A DNA stretch of 64,000 bases from Octopus sinensis (Eukaryota). The position numbers and the translations under genes are program-made. The stretch is taken from the NCBI RefSeq assembly GCF_006345805.1, contig NC_043008.1:75454001-75518000 (forward strand), in the 5' to 3' direction. The notes under the pieces were generated by a model. It ran no database searches. It was given only the letters and a program-made list of their open reading frames with translations, and was not told the origin of the DNA. Below, one piece after another: positions 13,409-25,328 of the stretch. The number at the start of each line of letters is the position of its first letter. Positions within the stretch are counted from its first letter, which is position 1.

Positions 13409-13897
13409 TTTTCACATCAAAAGGCAATTTTTACACCCCGAATGGGGTAAAATTTTGCCGACCAACTAACTCGTTAGAAGTTTTCTATAAAAACTTTTAT
13501 AGAAATTTCCACAAATTTGCCGAAAAAACTTACTGGAGCAGCTTTACAACACTCACGTCCTCTCGAGGAAATGATAACAATCTAGTAATGATGATATAAT
13601 AATAATATAATAATAATCAATTCTTTTTTATTGGCCACAAGGGCTGACACGCATGATTACATAAAGGGACAAGACAGGACAAAAGGTTACAAAGGGTTTT
13701 GTCCGTTTGTTAAAAATCCGTGTAAAAAAATTTTAAAGCAATGATTATTAAAACAATGAAAAACTCCCAAAAGGGGGAGACGTCTCGAAATGTTCCCGGT
13801 GGAAAAAACCCTACAAAAGCCAACGGGAGCCTGGTCAAAAAAAGGGGGTGTAGAGAGTCCCCTTTCTTCTCCTTTTACATTACCTTTTTCTTTGAAA

Positions 13898-16800
13898 TCA
13901 CAGGCGAAACCTGAGAACTGGTCCATTTATACAGGCCAGTCTCGCACAATTCACCCACCTTTCATAAAACTTGCTATCGGACAGCACTTTCCTCTCTAAC
14001 CTCATCTTCCTTTTCAAGTGAAACTTGAAAAAGTTGATGAGGCCTTGACCAAAGAGGAAAGTGTCTGACTTTAGCCCTTTCAAACGAGTCCACCACACGA
14101 CTTCTTTCGCCACAGCCACAGGCACAAGAAAACGGCCTCGCCCTCCTTGTTAAAGGAGGTCGGCGGGGCAATCTTCACTATGGATTCGGCCGATAGTCGG
14201 ATCCGTCCTACACGTGACAGTAGCTGTTCGACATAAACCCATATTTCAGCAATACTCGGGCACTGGACGAGTGCGTGCAGAACGGTTTCGTCGTCCTGGC
14301 AACACCTCGGGCAGGCCCGGCTGACGGCACTTCCGTGCCGGTAGAGTTTATCTCGAACAGGCAGAGCCCCTCGGTAGCACTGCCAGGCGAGAGACCTCTG
14401 GAAATTATCCATCGGCCCCGGCCCGAAAGTCCTCCCGAACAGACCGCTCAGTTCGTCGTCTTCAACGCCTAGAGTTTCCCCGAGAACGTCGTCGCATTTT
14501 TCCTCCACTAACCCTCTATAGAACGCTAGAGTGGAGCTGTAACCGACCGCATTGCCCGCCTGGTGGAGGGCGAGAGGGCTTGACGGCACTCGAGGTGCCA
14601 AGCGCCCTTTCTCGGTCTACGTTTGATCCAGGTCTGCAGCTCCGTCAAAGAGACGAGCTGCGGAAAATCGCGTCTGACAAAAGACGACCACACCTGTTCA
14701 CCGTCTAGGAAGCGCTTGAGATGCCGCAGCCTGAGCGCATGTCTGCGCAACAGCAACCACGGCATTCCAAGCCTCCGTTCAGCGGTCGTTGACAGCAGAT
14801 GGATCGCCTGACCAGTGGCACCTGACCCTTCCACAAAAAGTCGAAGAGCAGCGTACCAGCTTGGCCAACCAGCGGTCGGGACAAGGGACGACGGTCAAGC
14901 GGTAATAGATGACGGATGCGATGTACGCATTCGCCACCTCCGCTCGACCTTTCAGGGACAGCTTCCTCTCGGCCCATTTCTGGGTGAGACGTGCCACCCT
15001 GCTCGTCACCTCTTCCCAGTTCTTATCCACCTGGAGGTCCGGACCGAACCAGACCCCGAGCAGTTTAACGGGTCCGTCTGTCCAGCGCCCTACGACGCTG
15101 TTGGACGGCATGGGCTTGCCTCTCCAGGTGCCCAGTTGCAAGCCCACAGACTTTTCCGCGTTAATCTTTGCCCCTGTCACCGCTTCGTACTGGTTTAGCG
15201 TCTCGCCAATCAGGCCAATGTGCCTGTGGCTCGACACCACCACGGTGACGTCGTCGGCATAAGCAGACACGCTGTTTCCGCCTCCTAGATCGCGCGGGAT
15301 GCCCCTCAAAGCCTCCAACTTGCGCAGTAATGGCTCGAGAGTCAAAATGTACAAGAGGGAGGAGAGAGGGCATCCTTGGCGGACCGAACGCGAGATGTCG
15401 AACGGTTCCGAAAGGTGACCGTTCACCCGTATCACCGAGCAGATGTTGCTGTATAAAGCAGCGATCCACCCGCGGAAGACTGGACCGAAGCCGGCTGCCT
15501 TGAGGACAGCTGCCAGGTACCGATGGTCGACCCTATCGAAGGCTTTACTCTGATCCAAGTTGATCAAAGCCCCACCCGCGCCAGCGTCGTTACCCACCCT
15601 CTCTATGATGTAGCGCATGAGATGGAGGTTGTCGTGTATCGACCTGGTCGGCACGCGCGCATGTCTGCGTCCCGCCGACCAGCTTGTCCACGACAAGCGC
15701 CAATCTCTTGGCTAGCACCTTGGCCAAAATCTTCAACTCTGCATTGAGCAGAGTGATGGGCCGGAATTCCCTATAACGTCCCCCTTGTTTGGGTCCTTCT
15801 TTAGCAAAGCCACCACCCCTCGACAGACAAAAGCAGGAATTCTCCCGTTTTGCTGCCAGTTGCAGTAGACGTTTGCCAACAGGTCCGCAAACAAGTCTGG
15901 CATTGAAAAGTAAAGCTCGTAGGGCAGACCATCCAAACCCGGCGATCTACCTCTCGTGCAACTCTTCATCGCTTCCTGTACTTCCCAGGCAGATATCGGT
16001 CCTTCGCAGCACTCTGCCTCGCTGTCCGAGAGTTGCGGCAGTCCGTCCAGGTACACACCGAAGTCTGTACCGTTGGTGTCCGTTCCACCGCTCGTCCCAA
16101 ACAGTTGAGCAAAGTGCCGCTGAAGCACCGTACACATCTGCTTCGGTTGGGTAACCTCGCGCCCGTTCTGGTCCACCAAAGACCGAATGGTTGCTCTGTT
16201 GCCTCGCTTCGCCTCCGCCACGCGGGCCCATCGAGCGGCTCTAGTCCCCTCCCCGCTTAGCGAACGTGCCTTAGCTCTGACAACGCAGCCTTCGTGTTTG
16301 GCGTCGAAGTGTTGGTCGAGGGCCAACCTTGCCGCCAACACGTCGGTCGCGATGCCAGTGTCAAGAGCCTCGTCTAGTTTCTTAACTAAATCCCGCTCTC
16401 TCTTCCTACGTTCAATAGCTAGAGTCTTACTATACCTAATCGACTCTACTCTAATTGCTCTCTTGAGGGCAAACCACCAGTTGTTGTTGATGATTGCCCC
16501 CGTGAGCGCCCGCTTAACTAGTAAACTAATCCGGTCTCTGTAAGCTTTGCACGCCGTTAACGACGCGTTCAGCTTCCAGTAGCCGGGTCCCTGTCTATGT
16601 AGCCTATCTAAGTCGACCGTACAGATCACTAATTTGTGGTCCGTATATTCGACTAGGTGGAATTGTGGACACCCTACGCTGTCCTTATCCGCTGGCCTAC
16701 AAAACACTCTATCTAAGTACGATCTAGACGACCCGATGCGGTTTGTCCAAGTCCACATTGGCACATTCGGGTTGTCTAGTCGAAACCTGTCGGACAGCTG

Positions 16801-17330
16801 AAAGCGGCCGAGTAGGTTGGCGAGGCTCTTGCACCCTCCCCCTCTCCTATCAGACGCGCTCCCCTGCCCACCCGATCGAAACGTTCGTCTAAGACAGCGT
16901 TCCAATCCCCAACTAGTACTAGAGTGCGTGACGTTCCCAGGAAAACTTCCAGACGTTTGAAATAATCCGACTGCCCTGCTCCTGTCGGAGCGTAGGCAGC
17001 CAGCAGTCTGAAAGCACCGCCGTCACTACCGTCCACGTCGAGGACCACCAACTTACCTTCCGGATCCAAGAAGACTGTCCTTATTTTCAGGTCCAGGCCC
17101 TTCCGAAACAACACCGCAGTACCACCACCGCCCGCTCCCGGCCGACACGGAGATAGAAATATCTCGTATCCGCCGAAAAGGGCTGCGAGTTCCTGCGGGT
17201 CGGAGAGCCTGGTTTCACTGATGGCTGCTACATCCACATCATGAAACCTCAGGTCGTTTAACAGGTGACCCTGTTTCCAAGGTGACCCGAGGCCTCTCAC
17301 ATTCAAGCAACCGATTCTAAGATTTGCCAT
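13898..17330 (-). pseudogene. Copy B ORF2, broken by a few small indels, mostly in homopolymer runs
   Basis: ORF pieces 16776-17330, 15733-16905, 14779-15696, 14526-14834, 14080-14601 and 13898-14125 concatenate to nearly the same protein as copy C. Confidence 0.9.
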
Positions 17331-17368
17331 GTTTCAAAAGTTAGGGAAAAAAAAGGAGAAAAAAGGCT

Positions 17369-19250
17369 CTACTTACTGTTGTTGGTGGTGGGGGTGGCTC
17401 CCTTGTGCTTTTGCACGGGTGCTTTAATAATATTTTTGTAAAGTTTCTGAGAGAAACTTTTCCCTAACGATCCCACATCGTTAGGGAATATTTGTTTTAT
17501 TTCGTTGTAAACTTTTGTTTATTTTAATTGTGAGAATGTGTGCTGGTGGTGTGTTGTGTGTAGGTATTATGAAATCTGTAATGTTTGTGCTTGTTTTTTT
17601 TTTCAAATACTCAACCAGTTCCTGGTTTCTTGTATTCACTGCTGTAATCGTGTGTCTGTAATTGTGTCTGTGTTTGTTTGTGTCTGTGGTAGTGGCAGTA
17701 GTGGTGTCGAAAGTGTTGTTGTTGTTGTTTGTTGTTGTGAGTGTGTGTTGTTGTTGATGTTGTTGTTGATGTTGGGAAGTACTGTTTGTTCGTGCTTCCC
17801 CTGTAAATCTTTTTGTTTTTTCCTCCTTTTCTTTTTTGGAGGTACTATGTTCCATTCTCCTTTGTTGGAATCGGAGCTCGCACAATCCGAGATCTCTTCA
17901 TCCGGCAAAGGAATGGTTGAGGGGTCTGCTTCAGTAGCAGGACGAAAAGTTTCTGGTTCCACCGGTATCGGTGGTGCCGCTGCTCCTGTTACTGTTGATG
18001 TCGCTGCTGTCGACCTTCGAGGTACTGGTGTCGGTGTTGGTTTGGTGGTGGTTGTCGGTGTTGGTTTGGGTGGTTTTGTTGTTGTTGGAGTGGTGTTGCT
18101 CGTCTTGGTGCTGGTGTTGGTGATGGTGTTGGTGGTGTGGCATCCTTTGGTGTTTCTTGCTGTTTTTGTTGTTTCTGTTGTTGTTGCTTGTGTTGTTGTT
18201 GTTGTTGTTGTTGTTTGTTGCTGCTGCCTCTTGCTATATTCTTCCATTCTCTTTTTTTGAATGGGGCAGTCCCTTTTTAGTGGCTTTCGCTACTGCAGAG
18301 AAACATTTTGGCTTTCGCCCCTCTACAATAACATTTAGCCTTGTCCCATCCAGCAAGATGACAAAGTCAGGTATGGCATTGATGTTTTCCTGCTGGATCT
18401 GTACCAGCAGTTGAATTCCCATGCCTGACCAGTTCTTTTCTCGTACCTCCGAACATTCAGAATAGTGGCAGTGTCCTCTATGCCATAGAGGACAGCCGCC
18501 ACTAGCCATGAGATTTTCTGTTCGGGGGGTATTGTGCTTATAGTTATTTTTGTACCTTACGTCGCCCGAGGTACGTCGCGGACGAGGAACAAATGTTCAT
18601 TTTGCAAGGGCGAAATGGCGTTCGCCCTTGCAAGCTCCTCTGTTGGGAAGCGAACCTCCACGGTTCCAAATCGCTTCCCTCTTGTCACATAGCTCTTCTG
18701 GCCCCAAATGGGCTTCAGAGCCATCTTAACTGTTGTGGTGTGCGTTAAACAATCTTTTAGTTTTCTTTCGAAGACTTTATAAAAGATTGTTCTTTTGTTT
18801 GTCTCTTGTGTGAGTTGTTGAGGTGTGTTGAGGAAAACACACTGTTCCCTCCTTTCTCAACAAATCTTGTGCCATCTTTATGTCCTCCATCGTTATATCT
18901 ACATCTTCCGAAATTTGCTTCGCAGCAGAAGCAAAATCGTTAGAGTTTTTAACATTTTTTTGTTGGTTCTTGTCTGTATTTTTGTCTGTTATAAGTTTCT
19001 TTTCCTCCCTCTTCGGTACAGCATCACTTGTTGAAGGCAGAGGAGGGAAATCAAGAGTGACGTCGAACGCGACGTCCTGGCTTGCATTCTCCTTTTGAAC
19101 CGAGCGCGTGCTCTCCGGTTCGGAAGGAGGATCTTTGTTGCCTTTTACGGCTTGAAATGGGTTGTACGTAACCCGTGACGTTGTTTTGTGTTCTTGTGGA
19201 GGGGGTGTTGCAAGAAGGAGGGAAGAGCCAGCAGCTCGTTCATAGCCATT
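17369..19250 (-). pseudogene. Copy B ORF1, frameshifted
   Basis: EGRKPKCF zinc-knuckle region, T/P/Q-rich tract, WNIVPPKKKRRKKQK. Start is approximate. Confidence 0.8.
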
Positions 19251-19757
19251 TTGTAATTATGTGTGTGCAAAAATGTCAATTTCAAATAAAAACAGCAATT
19301 TCACCCCGAAGGGGCAAAATTTCGCCCAACCGACGAGCTCCGCAAGAAGCCGGTCGGTTTGGCTACAAAATATTAAAAATATTCAAGCTTATTAAAAATT
19401 TCCAATAAAATTGGCACAAAACTCACAGAGCTGATTCACGTACGTCCATCGGCGTCGGGGAATAATAATAATAATAATCAATTCTTTTTATTGGCCACAA
19501 GGGCTAACACGCATGATTACATAAAGGGACAAGACAGGACGAAAGGTTACAAAGGGTTTTGCCGTTTTTTTAAAAACATCGTGTAAAAATCTTATAACAA
19601 CTTATAAAATTCACAATGAAAAACTCCCAAAAGGGGGAGACGTCTCGAAATGTTCCCGGTGGAAAAAACCCTACAAAAGCCAACGGGAGCCTGGTCAAAA
19701 AAAAGGGGTGTAGAGAGTCCCCTTTCTTCTCCTTTTACATTACCTTTTTCTTTGAAA

Positions 19758-22700
19758 TCACAGGCGAAACCTGAGAACTGGTCCATTTATACAGGCCAGT
19801 CTCGCACAATTCACCCACCTTTCATAAAACTTGCTATCGGACAGCACTTTCCTCTCTAACCTCATCTTCCTTTTCAAGTGAAACTTGAAAAAGTTGATGA
19901 GGCCTTGACCAAAGAGGAAAGTGTCTGACTTTAGCCCTTTCAAGCGAGTCCACCACACGACCTCTTTCGCCACAGCCACAAGGCACAAGAAAACGGCCTC
20001 GCCCTCCTTGTTAAAGGAGGTCGGCGGGGCAATCTTCACTATGGATTCGGCCGATAGTCGGATCCGTCCTACACGTGACAGTAGCTGTTCAACATAAACC
20101 CATATTTCAGCAATACTCGGGCACTGGACGAGTGCGTGCAGAACGGTTTCGTCGTCCTGGCAACACCTCGGGCAGGCCCGGCTGACGGCACTTCCGTGCC
20201 GGTAGAGTTTATCTCGAACAGGCAGAGCCCCTCGGTAGCACTGCCAGGCGAGAGACCTCTGGAAATTATCCATCGGCCCCGGCCCGAAAGTCCTCCCGAA
20301 CAGACCGCTCAGTTCGTCGTCTTCAACGCCTAGAGTTTCCCCGAGAACGTCGTCGCATTTTTCCTCCACTAACCCTCTATAGAACGCTAGAGTGGAGCTG
20401 TAACCGACCGCATTGCCCGCCTGGTGGAGGGCGGAGAGGGCTTGACGGCACTCGAGGTGCCAAGCGCCCTTTCTCGGTCTACGTTTGATCCAGGTCTGCA
20501 GCTCCGTCAAAGAGACGAGCTGCGGAAAATCGCGTCTGACAAAAGACGACCACACCTGTTCACCGTCTAGGAAGCGCTTGAGATGCCGCAGCCTGAGCGC
20601 ATGTCTGCGCAACAGCAACCACGGCATTCCAAGGCCTCCGTTCAGCGGTCGTTGACAGCAGATGGATCGCCTGACCAGTGGCACCTGACCCTTCCACAAA
20701 AAGTCGAAGAGCAGGCGTACCAGCTTGGCCAACCAGCGGTCGGGACAAGGGACGACGGTCAAGCGGTAATAGATGACGGATGCGATGTACGCATTCGCCA
20801 CCTCCGCTCGACCTTTCAGGGACAGCTTCCTCTCGGCCCATTTCTGGGTGAGACGTGCCACCCTGCTCGTCACCTCTTCCCAGTTCTTATCCACCTGGAG
20901 GTCCGGACCGAACCAGACCCCGAGCAGTTTAACGGGTCCGTCTGTCCAGCGCCCTACGACGCTGTTGGACGGCATGGGCTTGCCTCTCCAGGTGCCCAGT
21001 TGCAAGCCCACAGACTTTTCCGCGTTAATCTTTGCCCCTGTCACCGCTTCGTACTGGTTTAGCGTCTCGCCAATCAGGCCAATGTGCCTGTGGCTCGACA
21101 CCACCACGGTGACGTCGTCGGCATAAGCAGACACGCTGTTTCCGCCTCCTAGATCGCGCGGGATGCCCCTCAAAGCCTCCAACTTGCGCAGTAATGGCTC
21201 GAGAGTCAAAATGTACAAGAGGGAGGAGAGAGGGCATCCTTGGCGGACCGAACGCGAGATGTCGAACGGTTCCGAAAGGTGACCGTTCACCCGTATCACC
21301 GAGCAGATGTTGCTGTATAAAGCAGCGATCCACCCGCGGAAGACTGGACCGAAGCCGGCTGCCTTGAGGACAGCTGCCAGGTACCGATGGTCGACCCTAT
21401 CGAAGGCTTTACTCTGATCCAAGTTGATCAAAGCCCCACCCGCGCCAGCGTCGTTACCCACCCTCTCTATGATGTAGCGCATGAGATGGAGGTTGTCGTG
21501 TATCGACCTGGTCGGCACGGCGCATGTCTGCGTCCCGCCGACCAGCTTGTCCACGACAAGCGCCAATCTCTTGGCTAGCACCTTGGCCAAAATCTTCAAC
21601 TCTGCATTGAGCAGAGTGATGGGCCGGAAATTCCCTATAACGTCCCCCTTGTTTGGGTCCTTCTTTAGCAAAGCCACCACCCCTCGACAGACAAAAGCAG
21701 GAATTCTCCCGTTTTGCTGCCAGTTGCAGTAGACGTTTGCCAACAGGTCCGCAAACAAGTCTGGCATTGAAAAGTAAAGCTCGTAGGGCAGACCATCCAA
21801 ACCCGGCGATCTACCTCTCGTGCAACTCTTCATCGCTTCCTGTACTTCCCAGGCAGATATCGGTCCTTCGCAGCACTCTGCCTCGCTGTCCGAGAGTTGC
21901 GGCAGTCCGTCCAGGTACACACCGAAGTCTGTACCGTTGGTGTCCGTTCCACCGCTCGTCCCAAACAGTTGAGCAAAGTGCCGCTGAAGCACCGTACACA
22001 TCTGCTTCGGTTGGGTAACCTCGCGCCCGTTCTGGTCCACCAAAGACCGAATGGTTGCTCTGTTGCCTCGCTTCGCCTCCGCCACGCGGGCCCATCGAGC
22101 GGCTCTAGTCCCCTCCCCGCTTAGCGAACGTGCCTTAGCTCTGACAACGCAGCCTTCGTGTTTGGCGTCGAAGTGTTGGTCGAGGGCCAACCTTGCCGCC
22201 AACACGTCGGTCGCGATGCCAGTGTCAAGAGCCTCGTCTAGTTTCTTAACTAAATCCCGCTCTCTCTTCCTACGTTCAATAGCTAGAGTCTTACTATACC
22301 TAATCGACTCTACTCTAATTGCTCTCTTGAGGGCAAACCACCAGTTGTTGTTGATGATTGCCCCCGTGAGCGCCCGCTTAACTAGTAAACTAATCCGGTC
22401 TCTGTAAGCTTTGCACGCCGTTAACGACGCGTTCAGCTTCCAGTAGCCGGGTCCCTGTCTATGTAGCCTATCTAAGTCGACCGTACAGATCACTAATTTG
22501 TGGTCCGTATATTCGACTAGGTGGAATTGTGGACACCCTACGCTGTCCTTATCCGCTGGCCTACAAAACACTCTATCTAAGTACGATCTAGACGACCCGA
22601 TGCGGTTTGTCCAAGTCCACATTGGCACATTCGGGTTGTCTAGTCGAAACCTGTCGGACAGCTGAAAGCGGCCGAGTAGGTTGGCGAGGCTCTTGCACCC

Positions 22701-23191
22701 TCCCCCTCTCCTAACAGACGCTCCCCTGCCCACCCGATCGAAACGTTCGTCTAAGACAGCGTTCCAATCCCCAACTAGTACTAGAGTGCGTGACGTTCCC
22801 AGGAAAACTTCCAGACGTTTGAAATAATCCGACTGCCCTGCTCCTGTCGGAGCGTAGGCAGCCAGCAGTCTGAAAGCACCGCCGTCACTACCGTCCACGT
22901 CGAGGACCACCAACTTACCTTCCGGATCCAAGAAGACTGTCCTTATTTTCAGGTCCAGGCCCTTCCGAAACAACACCGCAGTACCACCACCGCCCGCTCC
23001 CGGCCGACACGGAGATAGAAATATCTCGTATCCGCCGAAAAGGCTGCGAGTTCCTGCGGGTCGGAGAGCCTGGTTTCACTGATGGCTGCTACATCCACAT
23101 CATGAAACCTCAGGTCGTTTAACAGGTGACCCTGTTTCCAAGGTGACCCGAGGCCTCTCACATTCAAGCAACCGATTCTAAGATTTGCCAT
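19758..23191 (-). CDS. Copy C ORF2: APE endonuclease, reverse transcriptase, C-terminal CCHC (about 1144 aa after one 1-bp correction near 23040)
   Basis: 1072-aa open frame (19758-22976) plus N-terminal MANLRIGCLNVRGL...ISETRL. Motifs VGDWNA, SYLDRVF, TDHKLV, GYWKLN, SPGLDGLPYE, FRPITLLN, LDQSKAFDRVDH, RQGCPLS, AYADD and CPRC..DETVLHALVQC. Confidence 0.93.
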
Positions 23192-23229
23192 GTCTCAAAG
23201 TAGGGGAAAAAAAAAGGAGAAAAAAGGCT

Positions 23230-24052
23230 CTACTTACTGTTGTTGGTGGTGGGGGTGGCTCCCTTGTGCTTTTGCACGGGTGCTTCCACAATGTTTTTAT
23301 AAAGTTTCTTCGAGAAACTTTTCCCTAGCGATCCCACATCGTTAGGGAATATTTGTTTGATTTCATCATATGTTTTTGCATTTATTTTTATTGTGAGAAT
23401 GTGTGCTGGTGGTGTGTTTTGTGTTGGTATGATGAAATCGGTTATATTTGTACTAGTTTTGTTTTTTAAGTACTCAACTAGTTTTTGGTTCTTTGTGTTT
23501 ATTGATGTAATTGTGTCTGTAATTGTGTCTGTGTTTGTTTGTGTCTGTGGTAGTGGCAGTAGTGGTGTCGAAAGTGTTGTTGTTGTTGTTTGTTGTTGTG
23601 AGTGTGTGTTGTTGTTGATGTTGTTGTTGATGTTGGGAAGTACTGTTTGTTCGTGCTTCCCCTTTAAATCTTTTTGTTTTTTCCTCCTTTTCTTTTTTGG
23701 AGGTACTATATTCCATTCTCCTTTGTTGGAATCGGAGCTCGCACAATCCGAGATCTCTTCATCCGGCAAAGGAATGGTTGAGGGGTCTGCTTCAGTAGCA
23801 GGACGAAAAGTTTCTGGTTCCACCGGTATCGGTGGTGCCGCTGCTCCTGTTACTGTTGATGTCGCTGCTGTCGACCTTCGAGGTACTGGTGTCGGTGTTG
23901 GTTTGGTGGTGGTTGTCGGTGTTGGTTTGGTGGTGGTTGTTGTTGTTGGAGGTGGTGTTGCTCGTCTTGGTGCTGGTGTTGGTGATGGTGTTGGTGGTGT
24001 GGCAGCCTTTGGTGTTTCTTGCTGTTTTTGTTGTTTCTGTTGTTGTTGCTTG

Positions 24053-24086
<34 letters not shown>

Positions 24087-25099
24087 GCTGCTGCCTCTTG
24101 CTGAAAGCCTCCATCCTCTTTTTGTGAATGGGACAGTCCCTCTTTAAGTGGCTTTCGCTGCTGCAGAGAAAACATTTTGGCTTTCGCCCCTCCACAGCAA
24201 CGTTTAGCCTGGTGCCGTCCGCAAACTTACGAAATCAGGGATTTTACTTATATTCTCTTGCTGAATTTGCGCAAGAAGCAGCACTCCCATCCCCAACCAG
24301 TTTTTCTCGCCCTCACTCTCCTGACATCTAGAATGGTGGTAGTGTCCTCTATCATAGAGGACAGCTGCCACCAGCCATGACATATTTAGTTCAGGGGGAC
24401 GAGGTCGATTTTTATTTTTGTCACTCTTCGCCCGAGGTGGGTTGGAATTAGTAACAAATTCTCATTTGCAAGGGCGAAATGGCGTTCGCCCTTGCAGCTC
24501 CTCTGTTGGGAAGCGAACCTCCACGGTTCCAAAACGCTTCCCCTTGGTTACGTAGCTCTTTTGGGCCCAAATGGGCTTTAGAGCTATCTCCAACTGTTGG
24601 GGTGTGGCATTTGTTTTTTCTTTTAGTTTTCTGTCGAAAACTTTGTAAATTATTGTTTGCTTGTTGGTGCTTTCAATCACCTCTTGTGGAGTATTGAGGA
24701 AATACATTGCCATCCTTCCTTAACAATTCCTTCGCTCTTTTCACATCTTCTAAGTTATCTTAACTTCTCCGAAATTTGCTTCGCAGCAGAAGCAAATTGT
24801 TGGAAGTTTTTTCTTTTTTCTCCTGTCAATGTTTGTGATGATTTTTGTATTTGTTTTTTCTTCCTCCTCCTTCCTTACCAAAGCATTGGGTGAAGGCAGA
24901 GGGGGAAAATCAAGAATTACGTCGAACGCGACGTCATGACTTGCATTTTCCTTTTGAACCGAGCGCGTGCTCTGCGGTTCGGAAGGAGAATCTTTGTTGC
25001 CTTTTAAGGCGTGAAGTGGGTGTTTTGTACGAGTTGTGTGTGTTTGCGGAGGGAGTGTATTTGAAGGAAGGAACAGCCAACTGTTCGCTTCATAGCCAT
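23230..25099 (-). pseudogene. Copy C ORF1 (N-terminal domain, CCHC knuckle, polyQ/T/P tail), frameshifted in the N-terminal half
   Basis: 321-aa open C-terminal part with CFLCSSESHLKRDCP, plus an upstream piece KRFGTVEVRFPTEE. Start is approximate. Confidence 0.82.
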
Positions 25100-25327
25100 T
25101 TTTTTTTGTGTAATATTCAAAATGTGAAAAATGTCAATGTTCAAGTTTTCAAACGCAATTTCACCCCGAATGGGGCAAAATTTCGCCCAACCGACGAGCT
25201 CTCCGCAAGAAGCCGGTCGGTTTGGCTACAAAAATATTAAAAAATATTCAAACCTATTAATAGATTTCCAATGAAATTGGTGTCAAATTCACGGAGCTGA
25301 TTCACGTACGTCCATCGGCGTCGGGAG

Positions 25328-25328
<1 letters not shown>

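Larger units (their letters stand above)
7970..13569 (-). mobile_element. Tx1/L1-clade non-LTR retrotransposon, copy A (full length, older, inactivated)
   Basis: Two-ORF layout homologous to copies B and C, with the same 3' terminus GGCCAATAAAAGAATT-(ATT)n. Contains stops, frameshifts and an about 101-bp deletion in the endonuclease. Confidence 0.92.
13618..19460 (-). mobile_element. Tx1/L1-clade retrotransposon, copy B (full length)
   Basis: Runs from the 5' end CCCCGACGCCGATGGACGTACGTGAATC to the 3' end GGCCAATAAAAAAGAATTG. Flanked by (AAT)6 and a degenerate AAT spacer. Confidence 0.95.
19479..25328 (-). mobile_element. Tx1/L1-clade retrotransposon, copy C (full length, best preserved)
   Basis: Same 5' start as copy B and the same 3' terminus. 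Followed on the + strand by (AAT)n at 25329-25406. Confidence 0.96.

Noticed and set aside
17538-18260. Long + strand ORFs (also 12004-12390 and 23357-24127)
   Set aside because: Antisense shadows of the low-complexity Q/T/P tract of Tx1 ORF1; V/C/G-rich with no domain.
25140-25328. HDV-like or hammerhead ribozyme at the Tx1 5' end
   Set aside because: Could not fit the P1/P2/P3/P1.1 pseudoknot or a CUGANGA/GAAA core; only simple hairpins are supported.
13618-25328. Copies B and C as an assembly duplication
   Set aside because: They differ extensively in the 5'UTR, ORF1 and mid 3'UTR, although ORF2 homogenisation by polishing cannot be excluded.
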